The notes below the pieces were generated by a model that saw only the letters and a list, made by a program, of their open reading frames with translations, was not told the DNA's origin and ran no database searches. 32,000 bases of DNA from Escherichia coli (GTDB taxonomy: Bacteria; Pseudomonadota; Gammaproteobacteria; Enterobacterales; Enterobacteriaceae), in assembly GCF_036884775.1 (NCBI RefSeq), contig NZ_CP145703.1; one strand, written 5' to 3'. Positions 30,694 to 32,000 of this stretch are shown piece after piece. Within the stretch, counting starts at the first letter, position 1; each line of letters begins with the position of its first letter. The translations under genes and the position numbers were made by a program.

Positions 30694-30716
30694 CCTATTA
30701 TCGCACCATTTAAATC
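30694..30716 (+). repeat. Candidate attR (degenerate tRNA-Thr 3' end)
   Basis: CCTATTATCGCACCATTTAAAT versus CCTCTTATCGGCACCATTCAAAC at the thrW end. Confidence 0.4.
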
Positions 30717-30835
30717 AAGTAGTTACCTCACATTCAATTACACCACATTTTCCTCCTGTGCCGTATTTGTGCCATTGTAACCCTGGCAATTCATCAAAAT
30801 ACTGTTCTGACATCAGGCAGTGCAGGTGCAGACAT

Positions 30836-31060
30836 TTAAGCCAATTGCTGCCGCCATTCCTTGACGTGGTCAATCAGGGCGCGGAGCTTTGGTGCAATAT
30901 TGCGACGCTGTGGGAAATACAGATAGAAGCCCGGAAATTGTGGAAGAAAGTCATCAAGCAGCGATACAAGCTTACCGCTTTCAATATATGGCCTGAAAGT
31001 TTCCTGAGTGGCAATTGTTATGCCTGCGCCGGCAAGAGCCAGCCTCAACATCAGACGCAG
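30836..31060 (-). pseudogene. LysR-family regulator C-terminal remnant
   Basis: LAGAGITIATQETFRPYIESGKLVSLLDDFLPQFPGFYLYFPQRRNIAPKLRALIDHVKEWRQQLA; only the effector-domain C-terminus remains. Confidence 0.7.
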
Positions 31061-31626
31061 ATCATTCTGCTAATCCCACCGATGCTTCGGTCTGGAGTGG
31101 TAAATTAATATTGGACACAGTTTTATTTTCTCTCTTTTTCGAGGGCTATATGAACAGGAAGAATACATCCCTAAGCGGTTAATGCTGGCGTAATCAATAG
31201 ACCAGCATTAATCACGGATGATTACCAATCAGACAGATATGGTTAAATCGTCGAATTCATAATTAATACTTTTTCTTACGCCGCTGAACAGCTTGAAAAG
31301 GATACATATTTTAAATATCAGTGAAGTGAACAGTTTATTGCCGTTATTAATAGAGATGGAGGAATAAATACGCGTATTCTACTATTGCAACAAAAACAAC
31401 GATGATGATCAGTTTTCATAATGAAGTAACCTGACAGATATAAAAATGTTGATTGAGGCTCAATGCCCGGATGAAGGTTGTCGAGGGAGCCAGGTGGTTT
31501 TTTCTTTTGGGTGATCTCCATTGCTGGATAGTCCCCTCTTTCTCGCTCAAAGCAGACCCTGGAATTGAACGCAGAGGGACTACCTGACACAATTTTGCAC
31601 AGTGAAGAGTCGGTCGTTATTAACGT

Positions 31627-32000
31627 TCAGATTTTCAATGTATCAATGACCATCCGCAGGGCGGGGGAGACGTTGCGATGAGGGTAATAGAGAAACAATC
31701 CCTCCATTCGCAGGCTGTAACGCTGCAACACCCTGATAAGCTTACCGTGTTCTAAATCATCCGCGACCAGTTCAACAGGAACATAGGCCAATCCGAGGCC
31801 CAGCCGGGCTGCTTCTGCTTCCATATAGCTGTCGGATAAGGCCCATTGCCCTTCAGGGCGATGAGTGATTTTTTTATCATCCTGATTGAGTTCCCACTGG
31901 TATACGCTGCCGTCGGCAAACTGATAGGCGATACAGGGATGCGCCTTTAAATCCGCCGGGGTTTGCGGAAAACCATAGCGACGAAAATGTTCCGGAGTCC
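31627..32000 (-). CDS. LysR-family transcriptional regulator, partial (5' end beyond window)
   Basis: Frame continues upstream through HPCIAYQFADGSVYQWELNQDDKKITHRPEGQWALSDSYMEAEAARLGLGLAYVPVELVADDLEHGKLIRVLQRYSLRMEGLFLYYPHRNVSPALRMVIDTLKI. Confidence 0.8.
   Translation of the reverse strand, partial: TPEHFRRYGFPQTPADLKAHPCIAYQFADGSVYQWELNQDDKKITHRPEGQWALSDSYMEAEAARLGLGLAYVPVELVADDLEHGKLIRVLQRYSLRMEGLFLYYPHRNVSPALRMVIDTLKI

Larger units (their letters stand above)
13107..30716 (+). mobile_element. P4/PICI-like integrated phage satellite in thrW
   Basis: tRNA-adjacent integrase, AlpA, Ash/Icd-like region, P4-type primase and iterons. No terminase, capsid or tail assembly genes seen; candidate att repeats at both ends. 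Confidence 0.8.

Noticed and set aside
30641-31108. 155-aa plus-strand ORF
   Set aside because: Covers the att candidate and the antisense of the LysR remnant; composition suggests a chance frame.

Overview
E. coli-type chromosome segment with the gene order yafN-yafO-yafP-rtcB2-prfH-...-pepD-gpt-frsA-crl-phoE-proB-proA-thrW. It is followed by a ~17.6 kb P4/PICI-like integrated satellite inserted at the 3' end of thrW, and then LysR-family sequences (an intact-looking partial gene and a remnant). Ordinary core genes run from ~4.4 to 13.1 kb. Points of interest: (1) yafN is interrupted by a complete 1195-bp IS5 with a TTAA duplication, and the adjacent toxin gene yafO has an in-frame TAG, so the TA pair is doubly decayed. 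(2) An intact, translationally coupled rtcB2-prfH pair, a ribosome-repair type module. (3) The satellite carries int, alpA, an AntA-like gene, Ash/Icd-like sequence, and a primase-helicase. It also has two mirror-image iteron arrays sharing a perfect 55-bp inverted repeat 7.1 kb apart, which look like an ori/crr pair. (4) The segment between the iteron arrays holds cargo: a tight operon of a small RHH-like protein plus P22/HK620-type ejection proteins (gp20-like, gp16-like), a SieA-position membrane protein on the opposite strand, and an Abi_2/AbiF-family protein with two HEPN RX4H motifs. A compact predicted structured RNA lies directly upstream of abiF. The AbiF/ncRNA locus and the ejection-protein operon in a capsid-less satellite are the best candidates for follow-up. 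All family names come from recognising the translated sequence by eye; no database search was run.
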